A stretch of DNA of 32,000 nt from Thermococcus kodakarensis KOD1 (GCF_000009965.1 NC_006624.1:1080001-1112000), one strand, 5' to 3'. Shown: positions 11,063 through 19,431, counted from the stretch's first letter. Numbers and translations: made by a program. Notes: generated by a model not told the origin, from the letters alone.

Positions 11063-11470
11063 TCAGCCAAGATCAATTAAGATATAGCAATACTTCTCAT
11101 CCCCAGCCATACAGTTGTCATAGACCTTCTTGAGAGTCAAATCGTTGCTGATTACTGATTTGTATGTATCTGCATGAGTAGCCGTTGCGTTAACTAGGGG
11201 AGTAGAACTATCCGGTTTTATAACAAGAGTCTTGTTTCCATTGTCACCCCAGGTCACTATATAGTTGTCATTCCAAGCGTTTCTGCTTATAAGGTTGCTC
11301 TTGGCAAGCTCAGCCTGGGCCTGAAGCTGGGCAATGTTACCCTGTTCCTGTGCCTGGCTTCCACTGTTGCTCACGTACCTCACAGCTATCAGGATTATAA
11401 CCAGGGCGGCCGCGATCATGAAGAGGTACTCGATGGCACCCTGGCCCTTCCTCCTATTGAGTCTGAACAT
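11063..11470 (-). CDS. Class III signal peptide (archaeal type IV pilin-like) protein, paralogue of the previous gene
   Basis: 135 aa, MFRLNRRKGQ|GAIEYLFMIAAALVIILIAVRYV, which is the canonical KGQ-GAIEYL motif. The C-terminus YDNCMAGDEKYCYILIDLG matches the Cys pair of the neighbour. GGAGGTG lies ahead of the ATG and TATATAAGG is upstream. Confidence 0.8.
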   Translation of the reverse strand: MFRLNRRKGQGAIEYLFMIAAALVIILIAVRYVSNSGSQAQEQGNIAQLQAQAELAKSNLISRNAWNDNYIVTWGDNGNKTLVIKPDSSTPLVNATATHADTYKSVISNDLTLKKVYDNCMAGDEKYCYILIDLG

Positions 11471-11590
11471 TCCTCAACACCTCCGAAGGGTTACTTCATT
11501 CCATTTTTCAATCCAAAAACCCTTATATAGCTTTCTACCCAAATTTGAGGGTGAGGCCTTCAATATTGTGTAATCAGCAGGGGTGGTGGC

Positions 11591-12142
11591 ATGAGGTTGC
11601 TTAATTTCCAGCATGAATCTGCAAGTATCGAGGATTGTACAAGCACTGTGGTTGAATTATCAAATAAGGCCCTCCAATCAACCCACGGATTCATATCATC
11701 CGCAAAGATTTCCCTGAGCTTTGGAGCTTTTATGAACCTTGGAGTTACGGTGCTCATAGACGACGAGAAAGATATGTTAAAGGGCATCATTGCGGAACAT
11801 TCAACTGGTAAGAACAGGGCCGATGCCCTCAACAAAGCCCTAGAGATTCTCAACTCGAAGCTGCCGAAGAACGCTGAGGTTGTGGACTTCGAGGTCGGCA
11901 CCTACGTAACCCCCGTTACGAGGAGGGCCTACGGCGTCGCTGTTGCCGTTTACAACGCCCCCACTGAGCAGAAACCCTTCGAGGAGTTCACAATGGAAGA
12001 AAGGCGGAGACTCATCGCACGGGTTCTCAAGGAGTTCAACTACAACCCGAAGGTGCTGAACATCTCGGAGCTCGCCAGAATGTTCGGAGTGTCGAGGGAC
12101 TCGATATACTACGACATCCAGCAGATACTAAAGGAAAAATAA
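11591..12142 (+). CDS. HTH domain-containing putative transcriptional regulator
   Basis: ORF of 183 aa. The ATG at 11591 is preceded by GGGGTGGTGG. The C-terminus NISELARMFGVSRDSIYYDIQQILKEK is a clear HTH. An alternative start is the ATG at 11774 (MLKGIIAEH...). The middle part has a beta-alpha-beta-beta pattern of unknown family. Confidence 0.6.
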   Translation: MRLLNFQHESASIEDCTSTVVELSNKALQSTHGFISSAKISLSFGAFMNLGVTVLIDDEKDMLKGIIAEHSTGKNRADALNKALEILNSKLPKNAEVVDFEVGTYVTPVTRRAYGVAVAVYNAPTEQKPFEEFTMEERRRLIARVLKEFNYNPKVLNISELARMFGVSRDSIYYDIQQILKEK

Positions 12143-12150
12143 TTGAAAGG

Positions 12151-13461
12151 CTAAGCCGTCCAGAGCGGCCTCGGAGTTGCTGTAATCACGAATATCACAA
12201 GCGCCGTTAGTGCTAGAACTATTCTGCCCTTCGAGATAGGACTAACCTCGTCGAGAGCCCCCGGGTTGCCAGCGGAGCCTATGAAGATTATCAGTATGGC
12301 CCATATCAGCCAGCCGCTCCAGAGGTAGCTCATCCCGACGAGGAGCAGAGCTGCGGCGTAGGTTATCATCTTATGCGCCTTCTCGCTGATAAACGCCCTA
12401 AGGATGTGGCCGCCGTCGAGCTGGGCGACGGGGATTAGGTTGAGGAAGGTAACCAGTATTCCGACCCAGCCAGCTATGGCTACTGGATGAAGGAAAATCA
12501 CGTAATCGCCCTGTACGTTGAGCACCAGCCTTTGGAGGGCCTCAAAGAGCAGGTTGGTTCCGAAGTAGAGACCGCCCTCCGTTGATGGCACCATGCTCAT
12601 GGGCACCAGCACGGATAGCTTCAGACCGAGCACTGTAACTGGCACGGCGACGAGGAAGCCCGCTATCGGCCCGCTGACGCCGAGGTCTATGGCGGCGTTT
12701 CTGGTAGGGAGCGGTGACTTCACCCTTATCACGGCTCCCAACGTCCCGAGGATGTTTGGGAAAGGTATGAAGTACGGCATCGTCGCTTTAACGCCGTGGT
12801 AGGTGGCCGCTATCTTGTGGCCGAGTTCGTGGGTGCCTATTATGGCCATCACGCTGACCGAGAAGGAGAGCGCAATTATATACGGGTTTCTAAGGCCTGG
12901 AAGGCCGTAGTGTTCAAGGGTGGCGATGTAGTTGAGCGCCAGGTAGTAGCCGGCGAAGAACGTCGAGAGTACTGTAAGCACGAGGAAAAGCCAGGGGAGC
13001 CACGGATTGTCCGGGGGTATCTTTCCAGCGGGAAAGACGAAGAGCACGATTCTGCCGTCCCTCTTCTTAAGGGCCGCCCAGTAGCCGAGGTTCTCAAGCT
13101 CCCTGAGAACCCTCTCAAAGTTTTTTTCGTAGATGTCGAGAACCTCAAAGACCGCCACGTGCCCATCAAAGCCGTAAAACCTCAGAGAGTAGAACTCATT
13201 CAGCTTTGCCTCGACCTCTGGGGGAAGACCGTGAGGCGATTCTCTCGGGACTTCAACCCCGGGAGAAACTCCACTCCCCTCGGGAGCTGGGACTTCCTCC
13301 CTCCCAGAACGGACGTTCGGAGATTCTACACCGCTTACAGCATAGCCCACTAGTATCATGTCGCCGCCGCACTTGGGACAGGCCCTCTCAATCACGGGTT
13401 CGGTGGAATCCAGAACTTCCCTGTGGCCGCAGTTTACGCACTCGTATATTCCCCTCGGCAT
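12151..13461 (-). CDS. Site-2 protease (M50) family intramembrane metalloprotease with N-terminal zinc ribbon
   Basis: ORF 12151..13467. It has the HExxH motif in HELGHKIAATYHG, a second motif NLIPVAQLDGGH, and multiple TM helices. The N-terminus is CVNCGH...CPKCGG. Confidence 0.85.
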   Translation of the reverse strand: MPRGIYECVNCGHREVLDSTEPVIERACPKCGGDMILVGYAVSGVESPNVRSGREEVPAPEGSGVSPGVEVPRESPHGLPPEVEAKLNEFYSLRFYGFDGHVAVFEVLDIYEKNFERVLRELENLGYWAALKKRDGRIVLFVFPAGKIPPDNPWLPWLFLVLTVLSTFFAGYYLALNYIATLEHYGLPGLRNPYIIALSFSVSVMAIIGTHELGHKIAATYHGVKATMPYFIPFPNILGTLGAVIRVKSPLPTRNAAIDLGVSGPIAGFLVAVPVTVLGLKLSVLVPMSMVPSTEGGLYFGTNLLFEALQRLVLNVQGDYVIFLHPVAIAGWVGILVTFLNLIPVAQLDGGHILRAFISEKAHKMITYAAALLLVGMSYLWSGWLIWAILIIFIGSAGNPGALDEVSPISKGRIVLALTALVIFVITATPRPLWTA

Positions 13462-13500
13462 TTTCACTTCCCAAAAGAAATTGGGGAGAAAGTTAAAAAC

Positions 13501-13902
13501 CTACTCCCCATCCTCAAGGATTTCGACCTCTCCGCTGTCGGCATCGACGCGGACTTTCATCCCGGTCTTGAGCTTTGAGACATCCACACCGTCAACCATT
13601 GGAATGTCTGATATAATCGCGCCCGTGGCAACTATAGTCTCGGCTTCTCCGACGATTATAGCCTTCGGGGCTTTGTTGTTCTTTTTGAGGGCGTAGATGA
13701 CGTAGGAACCAACCGTGGAGCCCTTGCCCCTCGGGAAGACGAGGATTTTTCCCGCTATGCTCTGACCCCTGATGTCGCTCTCGGCGTCAGTCACGATGCC
13801 CGTCTCGGGATCAACGCCGCCGAGAAAGGAGAGGGGCTTCCTGGAGACTATAACTTCTCCCTCCGCTTTGCCCCCAACGATCTTCCTGCCCTTGAGCTTC
13901 AT
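13501..13902 (-). CDS. Aconitase X swivel-domain protein (DUF126). Small subunit of phosphomevalonate dehydratase
   Basis: ORF of 133 aa. GKAEGEVIVSRKPLSFLGGVDPETGIV...GKILVFPRGKGSTVGSYV is the typical DUF126 pattern. It lies 9 nt downstream of the DUF521 gene with GGTGGT ahead of the ATG. Confidence 0.8.
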   Translation of the reverse strand: MKLKGRKIVGGKAEGEVIVSRKPLSFLGGVDPETGIVTDAESDIRGQSIAGKILVFPRGKGSTVGSYVIYALKKNNKAPKAIIVGEAETIVATGAIISDIPMVDGVDVSKLKTGMKVRVDADSGEVEILEDGE

Positions 13903-13911
13903 GTTACCACC

Positions 13912-15072
13912 TCACGGAGCCTCCTTTATCAGGTTCTCAACGTCGTCAAGCCGTACGCTGAAGCCGAAGGAACGGAAGTAGAAGGCCGACTTTCCGCTGT
14001 TCGTGGCTATCCCCCTGTACCATCCCTTTATCGGCGAGACGACGAAACATGAATCGGGTATGATTTTCCCGTTGTAGCGTTCGATTATCTCAGTATAACC
14101 CAGGGCATCCGCCAAAGCCTTCACGGCCCTGCTGGCGGTTATGAAGAGGGGTATCTTGAGGGGCTTCCCGCGCATTCTCAGGAGTTCTGCTATTTCCTTG
14201 ACCTCTGGCAGGGAAGCGTGCGGACAGCCAATCAGGATCATGTCTATATCACTCCAATCGTCCTGGAAGGATTCTCTAACGGCTTTAAGGTCAGAGTCCT
14301 CAACGGTTATCGTTTCCAGTTTGTCAGTTATAGCCTCCCTGTACTCAGGGGTCTCTCCCTCAACGTGGTAGAGGGCTATCGAGCCGGTAGCCCCCATCGC
14401 GGCGCCGAGCTCCTTGAGGAACTCGGTCTTTTCAGGCTTTAGGTTTTTGAAGTAGGGGACGTCGTTTCCGAGGGTCTTGCCGACGTGGTAGCCGAGAACC
14501 GAGTAGTCTGCGAAGGTCTTTACCTTAGCTTTAACGTCAACGATAACCGTTGCCTTCCTGTTCTCATCGAGGTGGAGGCCGTAGTTTGGAGTTTTGCCGA
14601 CGATGGCAGCGGCGAGGCTTGAAGGTCCACCTTCCCTATTTGTCCTCGCTCCAAGTATGGAGTTGGCGAAGCTGACCGCTGAACTCTCGCTCCAGGCTAT
14701 ATGGTCCCCGAACTTGGGGAGGTTTGCGCCGTAGTACGGGGTGCAGGTAGATGTGACCTCAATGCCCATCTTTCTGTAAAGCTCAAGGACTTCCATCTGC
14801 TTTTCCATGAACTCGTCGTCGCCTATTCCCGCCGGATTGAGGGTTGTGTAAACACTGACCTTCGCTCCAGCCTCTACAAAGTCCCTCAGGAACTCGATTC
14901 CAGCATCACCGATGTTCTTGTAGGAGACTCCCGCCACCTGGGCGCTCTTTATCGGAATGAGCCTGTCAGCACCGTAGATGTCGCCGAGGGCAACGAGTAT
15001 CTCCATCGCCTTCTGGAGGGCGTAGCCGTACTCTCCCGCTAAAATTAGCTCCTCCTCCTTCGTCAGGTACAT
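13912..15072 (-). CDS. Aconitase X catalytic-domain protein (DUF521). Large subunit of phosphomevalonate dehydratase
   Basis: ORF 13912..15123 trimmed to the ATG at 15072 (MYLTKEEELILAGEYGYALQKAMEILV...). A TTTTATAA box on the minus strand lies about 33 nt upstream. Confidence 0.8.
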   Translation of the reverse strand: MYLTKEEELILAGEYGYALQKAMEILVALGDIYGADRLIPIKSAQVAGVSYKNIGDAGIEFLRDFVEAGAKVSVYTTLNPAGIGDDEFMEKQMEVLELYRKMGIEVTSTCTPYYGANLPKFGDHIAWSESSAVSFANSILGARTNREGGPSSLAAAIVGKTPNYGLHLDENRKATVIVDVKAKVKTFADYSVLGYHVGKTLGNDVPYFKNLKPEKTEFLKELGAAMGATGSIALYHVEGETPEYREAITDKLETITVEDSDLKAVRESFQDDWSDIDMILIGCPHASLPEVKEIAELLRMRGKPLKIPLFITASRAVKALADALGYTEIIERYNGKIIPDSCFVVSPIKGWYRGIATNSGKSAFYFRSFGFSVRLDDVENLIKEAP

Positions 15073-15125
15073 TCTACCACCGGCATAATTTGACCTGGAA
15101 AAGTTATAAAACCGCCTCCGCAAAA

Positions 15126-15133
15126 TTTATAAA
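15126..15133 (+). promoter_or_regulatory. TATA box (TTTATAAA) for the tRNA gene
   Basis: A consensus archaeal TATA element centred about 36 nt upstream of the mature tRNA 5' end, consistent with a short leader. Confidence 0.6.
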
Positions 15134-15165
15134 CCCTCCACTGTTCACTAACTAACGGGTCGAGC

Positions 15166-15243
15166 AGCGGGGTGGGGCAGCTAGGAGTGCCCGCCGGGCT
15201 CATAACCCGGAGGTCCGAGGTTCAAATCCTCGCCCCGCTACCA
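15166..15243 (+). tRNA. Initiator tRNA-Met (anticodon CAT), CCA encoded
   Basis: Hand-folded cloverleaf. The acceptor is AGCGGGG/CCCCGCT and the D stem is GGGC/GCCC. The anticodon stem is CCGGG/CCCGG with loop CTCATAA. The T stem is CGAGG/CCTCG with loop TTCAAAT. The discriminator is A, followed by CCA. The A1:U72 pair and three consecutive G:C pairs at the base of the anticodon stem are archaeal initiator hallmarks. A T-rich tract follows. Confidence 0.9.
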
Positions 15244-16262
15244 GTCTATTTTTGTGCATTTCTTCTGGTATTTGTTCCCCCATGATGTTTATTGTTCAGC
15301 ATAATTTTCGAAAAGTTTATACATACATCTTGCTAAGTAGTAATAATGAGAAGGTTGCGAGATTTATCAGTATTCGAACTCAAAGAGATTATGGACTATG
15401 CAAGAACTCTCCGTTCAGAGGGGCTTAGTTATTCAGCCATCTCATCAAAGATCGCTGAGGCATACGATGTTAGCGTTTCCCGACCTACCATCAGTAGATG
15501 GTGCAAGGGAACACACGACCCATTCAACAAAATAAACGATGTGAATTTGAGCCCGTCCCCAGCTCTCTCGTACGTGATTGGTGTTTATCTGGGAGACGGA
15601 AGCATTCATAACAAGGATAACGGAAAATACCGAATAAAGCTCAAGGTTGTAGACAGGGAATTTGCTGAGGCGTTTTACAATGCTCTGAAGACGCTGGGAT
15701 TGCATCCCGTCTTTGGATTTGAAAACGATTCCACGAGAGTTAATCGTTTTTATGTTGAAGGCTCCAGCAAGGCTTTGTATGGATTTTTGAAAAATCCCAT
15801 TGAATTCCTATTTGAGGTAGCAGAGTTGTATCCTGCGGAGTTTTTGAGGGGTTTCTTTGACAGTGAAGGTTTTCCGGTGGTCTCTGCTGGTAAAAGATTT
15901 AGAGTTTATGTGGAGGCTGTGAACTCGAATCTGAAACTGCTCGAATTTTCAAGGAAGTTGCTCGAGACAAAATTCAAGATAACATCCGCGATATTCAAGA
16001 TGTATTCTAAAGGTCAGAGGGTTGTTATACGAGGACGGGAGTATAAATCAAATGTGGATATGTTTGGCCTGCGAATAACCAGATTAATGGACATTAAACG
16101 GTTCCACGAGGAAATTGGATTCACTGCAGAAAGAAAAACTCAAAAACTGCAGTATGCGCTCTCTCTTCTGGAATGCTGTCCCAACGATGCCACTATGCGT
16201 TGGAAGGAGAGATACATTAAAGTTGGTAGGGAGTATCGGGAGCGGGGCAAACCTTTTTAAAC
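15244..16262 (+). mobile_element. Possible selfish-gene insertion (homing endonuclease gene) between tRNA-iMet and rps15
   Basis: This is a compositionally distinct, AT-rich, single-gene segment directly 3' of a tRNA. I found no flanking direct repeat, so the boundaries are nominal. Confidence 0.35.
15346..16260 (+). CDS. Free-standing LAGLIDADG homing-endonuclease-like protein with N-terminal HTH
   Basis: ORF of 304 aa with two LAGLIDADG motifs ([12 protein letters not shown] and [11 protein letters not shown]). The N-terminus [27 protein letters not shown] is an HTH. It is AT-rich: 22/60 G+C in the first 60 nt. Confidence 0.8.
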
Positions 16263-16328
16263 TCATTCCGCAACGCCGATGCGAAGGGGCGGCTGGCGGG
16301 AGCTGGCCGTCACCGGGAGGTGTATGAT

Positions 16329-16784
16329 ATGGCGAGGATACACGCGAGAAAGAGGGGTAAGTCTGGTTCAAAGAGGCCACCGAGGACCGCTCCGCCGGCT
16401 TGGGTCGAGTACACGGCGGAGGAGGTCGAGGCTCTGGTTGTCAAGCTCAGGAAGGAAGGCTACAGCACGGCCATGATAGGCACGATTCTCCGCGACCAGT
16501 ACGGCATTCCGAGCGTCAAGCTGATAACCGGCAAGAAGATAACCAAGATACTCGAAGAGAACGGCCTCGCTCCGGAGATTCCAGAGGACCTCATGTTCCT
16601 CATTAGGAGGGCCGTCAACCTCAGGAAGCACCTCGAGCAGCACCCGAAGGACAAGCACTCAAGGAGGGGCCTTCAGCTCATCGAGAGCAAGATCAGGAGG
16701 CTCGTCAAGTACTACCGCAGGACTGGCAAGCTCCCAGCCAAGTGGCGCTACGACCCAGAGCAGGCCAAGCTCCTGGTCCGCTGA
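16329..16784 (+). CDS. rps15: 30S ribosomal protein S15 (uS15)
   Basis: ORF 16320..16784 with the ATG at 16329 after [26 protein letters not shown]...[39 protein letters not shown]. Confidence 0.95.
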
Positions 16785-16814
16785 TCCCTTTCCTTCTTCT
16801 TCCGGTGATGCCGC

Positions 16815-18248
16815 GTGGATAAGGAGGCTTTTTTGGAGCGCGTTAGGGAAGGGGCCGAGCTAATTAAGATGCATATCGAGTTAGGTCACACGATAAGGCT
16901 CATCTCCCACAGGGACGCTGACGGCATCACGGCAGGTGCGATTCTTGCGAAGGCCGTTGCGAGGGAAGGGGGAACCTTCCAGCTCAGCATCGTCAAGCAG
17001 GTGAGCGAGGAGCTTATAGACCAGCTGGCGAGGGAAAAGAGAGAAATCTACGTTTTCAGCGACCTCGGAAGCGGCTCAATTGAACTCATCGAAGAAAAGC
17101 TGAACTTTGCCACCGTCGTCGTTGCCGACCACCACCCACCCGAGAAGGACTCGTTCTCAACGGACTCCCACGTCCTTGTTAATCCGGTTCCATTCGGAGC
17201 AAACAGCGTTAGGGACTTGAGCGGCTCTGGGGTGGCCTACTTCGTCGCAAGGGAGATGAACAGAAAGAACAGGGACATGGCCTACGTAGCCATCGTCGGC
17301 GCCGTTGGGGATATGCAGGAGATAGACGGGACTTTTCACGGACTCAACCTTGAAATCATAGAGGACGGAAAGGAGCTGGGTATTCTCGAAGTCAGGAAAG
17401 AACTCAGGCTCTTTGGAAGGGAGAGCAGGCCGCTCTATCAGATGCTCGCCTACGCTACCAATCCTGAAATCCCGGAGATAACGGGAGACGAGAGGAAGGC
17501 AATAGAATGGCTCCGCGCCAAAGGCTTTGACCCTGAAATGAAGTACTGGCAGCTGAGGGAAGAGGAAAAGAGAAAGCTCCACGAGGCCCTCCTCGTCCAC
17601 ATGATAAAGCACGGAGCACCGAAGGAAGCAATAGACAGGCTCATTGGTGACGTTGTCATAAGCCCGCTCTACCCTGAGGGGGACGTAAGACATGAGGCGA
17701 GGGAGTTCGCAACGCTCCTCAACGCCACAGGAAGGCTGAACGCCGGAACGCTGGGAGTTGCTATCTGCCTGGGCGACGAGGAAGCCTACAAAGTTGCCAG
17801 AAAGATGCTCGACGACTACAAAAAAGAGCAGATAGAGGCGAGGAAGTTCATAATCCAGAACTGGAACATGGTCGAAGAGGGGGAGCACGCCTACGTCTTT
17901 TACGCTGGCAAGAACATACGGGACACTCTCGTTGGAATAGCAGCCAACATGGCCATCAACGCGGGTCTGGCTGACCCAGAGAAACCCGTGGTAGTTCTAG
18001 CCGACAGCGACGAGGACGAGAACCTGGTAAAAGGCTCTGCCAGAACCACGGAGAAGGCACTGGAGAAGGGCTACCACCTTGGGGAAGCGTTGAAAGAGGT
18101 TGCCGAAAAACTTGGCGGCGAGGGCGGTGGACACGCCATAGCCGCGGGCATACGCTTCCCGAAGAACAGGATAGACGAGTTCATTAAGCTCTTCAACGAA
18201 GCCCTCGGGAGGCAGGTGAAGGGCGGTGGAAGTGAAGGCGAGGGTTGA
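16815..18248 (+). CDS. recJ: RecJ-like DHH/DHHA1 nuclease (GAN, GINS-associated nuclease type)
   Basis: ORF of 477 aa with a GTG start. DHH motifs are [19 protein letters not shown] and VVADHH, and the DHHA1 motif is GGGHAIAAG. Its position between rps15 and pcc1/rps3ae matches the known Thermococcales GAN operon. Confidence 0.85.
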
Positions 18249-18483
18249 GATAGTCTGGCACTACGGCGATGATGCCAAGGCGAGGGCAATAGCTGAAGCA
18301 ATCCAGGTGGACAACGAGAGCATGCCCGAGGAACTAAAGAAAAGTTTAAATGTGCAAACCCGATGGGTTGATGGAGACGTCATAACAAAGGTTAAATACT
18401 CGGGTGAGATTGACACCCTCATCAAAGCGCTCGATGATATTGTGTTTTCGGTCAAAATCGCCGAAGATAGCGTAGAGGTGTGA
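18226..18483 (+). CDS. pcc1: KEOPS complex subunit Pcc1
   Basis: ORF of 85 aa with a GTG start that overlaps the recJ 3' end by 23 nt. [15 protein letters not shown]...[28 protein letters not shown] fits the Pcc1/CTAG family pattern. Confidence 0.7.
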   Translation: MEVKARVEIVWHYGDDAKARAIAEAIQVDNESMPEELKKSLNVQTRWVDGDVITKVKYSGEIDTLIKALDDIVFSVKIAEDSVEV

Positions 18484-18498
18484 ACTGGAGGTGTTAAG

Positions 18499-19101
18499 AT
18501 GGCAAGAGGTAACCCAAGGAAGAGGGCCGCTGCGGCTAAGGATAAGTGGAAGATGAAAGAGTGGTACATCGTTTACGCTCCCGACTTCTTTGGGAGCAAG
18601 GAGATAGGCCTCACTCCCGCTGACGACCCTGAGAAGGTTATAGGCAGGGTTATTGAAACGACTCTGAAGGACCTCACCGGCGACTTCACCAAGGGCCACG
18701 TCAAGCTCTACTTCCAGGTCTACGACGTCAAGGGTCAGAACGCCTACACCAAGTTCAAGGGCCACACCCTCGCGAGGAGCTACATAAGGTCCCTCGTCAG
18801 GAGGAGGACCACCAGGGTTGATGGAATATTCAACATCACCACCAAGGACGGCTACAAGCTCCGCGTCATGGGCATGGTCATCGCCTACAGGAGGATTCAG
18901 ACCAGCCAGGAGAGGGCTATCAGGAAGATCATCCAGGACATCATCTACAAGAAGGCCGAGGAGCTCAACTTCGCTGACTTCGTTCTCCAGTCTGTCAACG
19001 GTCAGATAGCCAGCGAGATAGCGAAGGAAGCGAGGAAGATATACCCGATCAAGCGCGCCGAGGTCAGGAAGATAAAGGTTCTCGCCGAGCCTTCCGCCTG
19101 A
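18499..19101 (+). CDS. rps3ae: 30S ribosomal protein S3Ae (eS1)
   Basis: ORF of 200 aa. [32 protein letters not shown]... is the typical S3Ae N-terminus. A T-rich terminator follows (GGCTTTTTCAATTCTCTTTT). Confidence 0.95.
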
Positions 19102-19182
19102 AGGCTTTTTCAATTCTCTTTTGGTTCTATTCTCGGAAACGTTATATGCTTCCATGCCGTATTCATGTTGGGTGATAGGGTC

Positions 19183-19431
19183 ATGGGATCTGCCACAAAG
19201 CACATTCAAGCCGAGATAGATGAGAGGCTCTACCTCATGCTGAAGTCCATTTCCATCCGAACTGGAAAACCGCTCAAAGAACTTTTGCAGGAGGCGATTG
19301 AGAAGTACGTCGAGATTGAAGAGAAAGAGCTTAAACAAAAGGCGAAAAACGACCCCATCTGGAAAATCGTTGGAAAGGGGGAGCTTGAGGAGAACGCCAG
19401 CGAAGACGAGGAGTGGGGGCTTACCGAATGA
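19183..19431 (+). CDS. vapB: Ribbon-helix-helix (CopG/VapB-type) antitoxin
   Basis: ORF 19165..19431. I prefer the ATG at 19183, given the TATA-like TTATATG at about 19141-19147. HIQAEIDERLYLMLKSISIRTGKPLKELLQEAIEKYV is an RHH pattern. Its stop overlaps the vapC ATG (ATGA). Confidence 0.7.
   Translation: MGSATKHIQAEIDERLYLMLKSISIRTGKPLKELLQEAIEKYVEIEEKELKQKAKNDPIWKIVGKGELEENASEDEEWGLTE

Noticed and set aside
12796-13353. A 185-aa plus-strand ORF inside the S2P protease gene, and the 186-aa ORF 21202..21762 inside the DUF92 gene
   Set aside because: Both are antisense to polytopic membrane protein genes with diagnostic motifs. Such genes commonly produce long antisense ORFs.
15220-16330. A search for an integrase-type att duplication of the tRNA-iMet 3' end flanking the LAGLIDADG gene
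   Set aside because: I saw no repeat of the GGTTCAAATCCTCGCCCCGCT segment or any other direct repeat of 10 nt or more by eye, and there is no integrase gene. The segment is therefore treated as a lone endonuclease gene and not as an integrated element.
17157-17888. A 243-aa minus-strand ORF inside the RecJ/GAN gene
   Set aside because: It is a shadow ORF antisense to a gene with clear DHH/DHHA1 motifs, and I recognise no domain in it.
18346-19338. A 330-aa minus-strand ORF covering pcc1, rps3ae and vapB
   Set aside because: It is antisense to three well-supported genes. The composition is low-complexity and rich in L/G/V/D, typical of the shadow frame of GC-biased codons. I saw no motifs or start-site signals.
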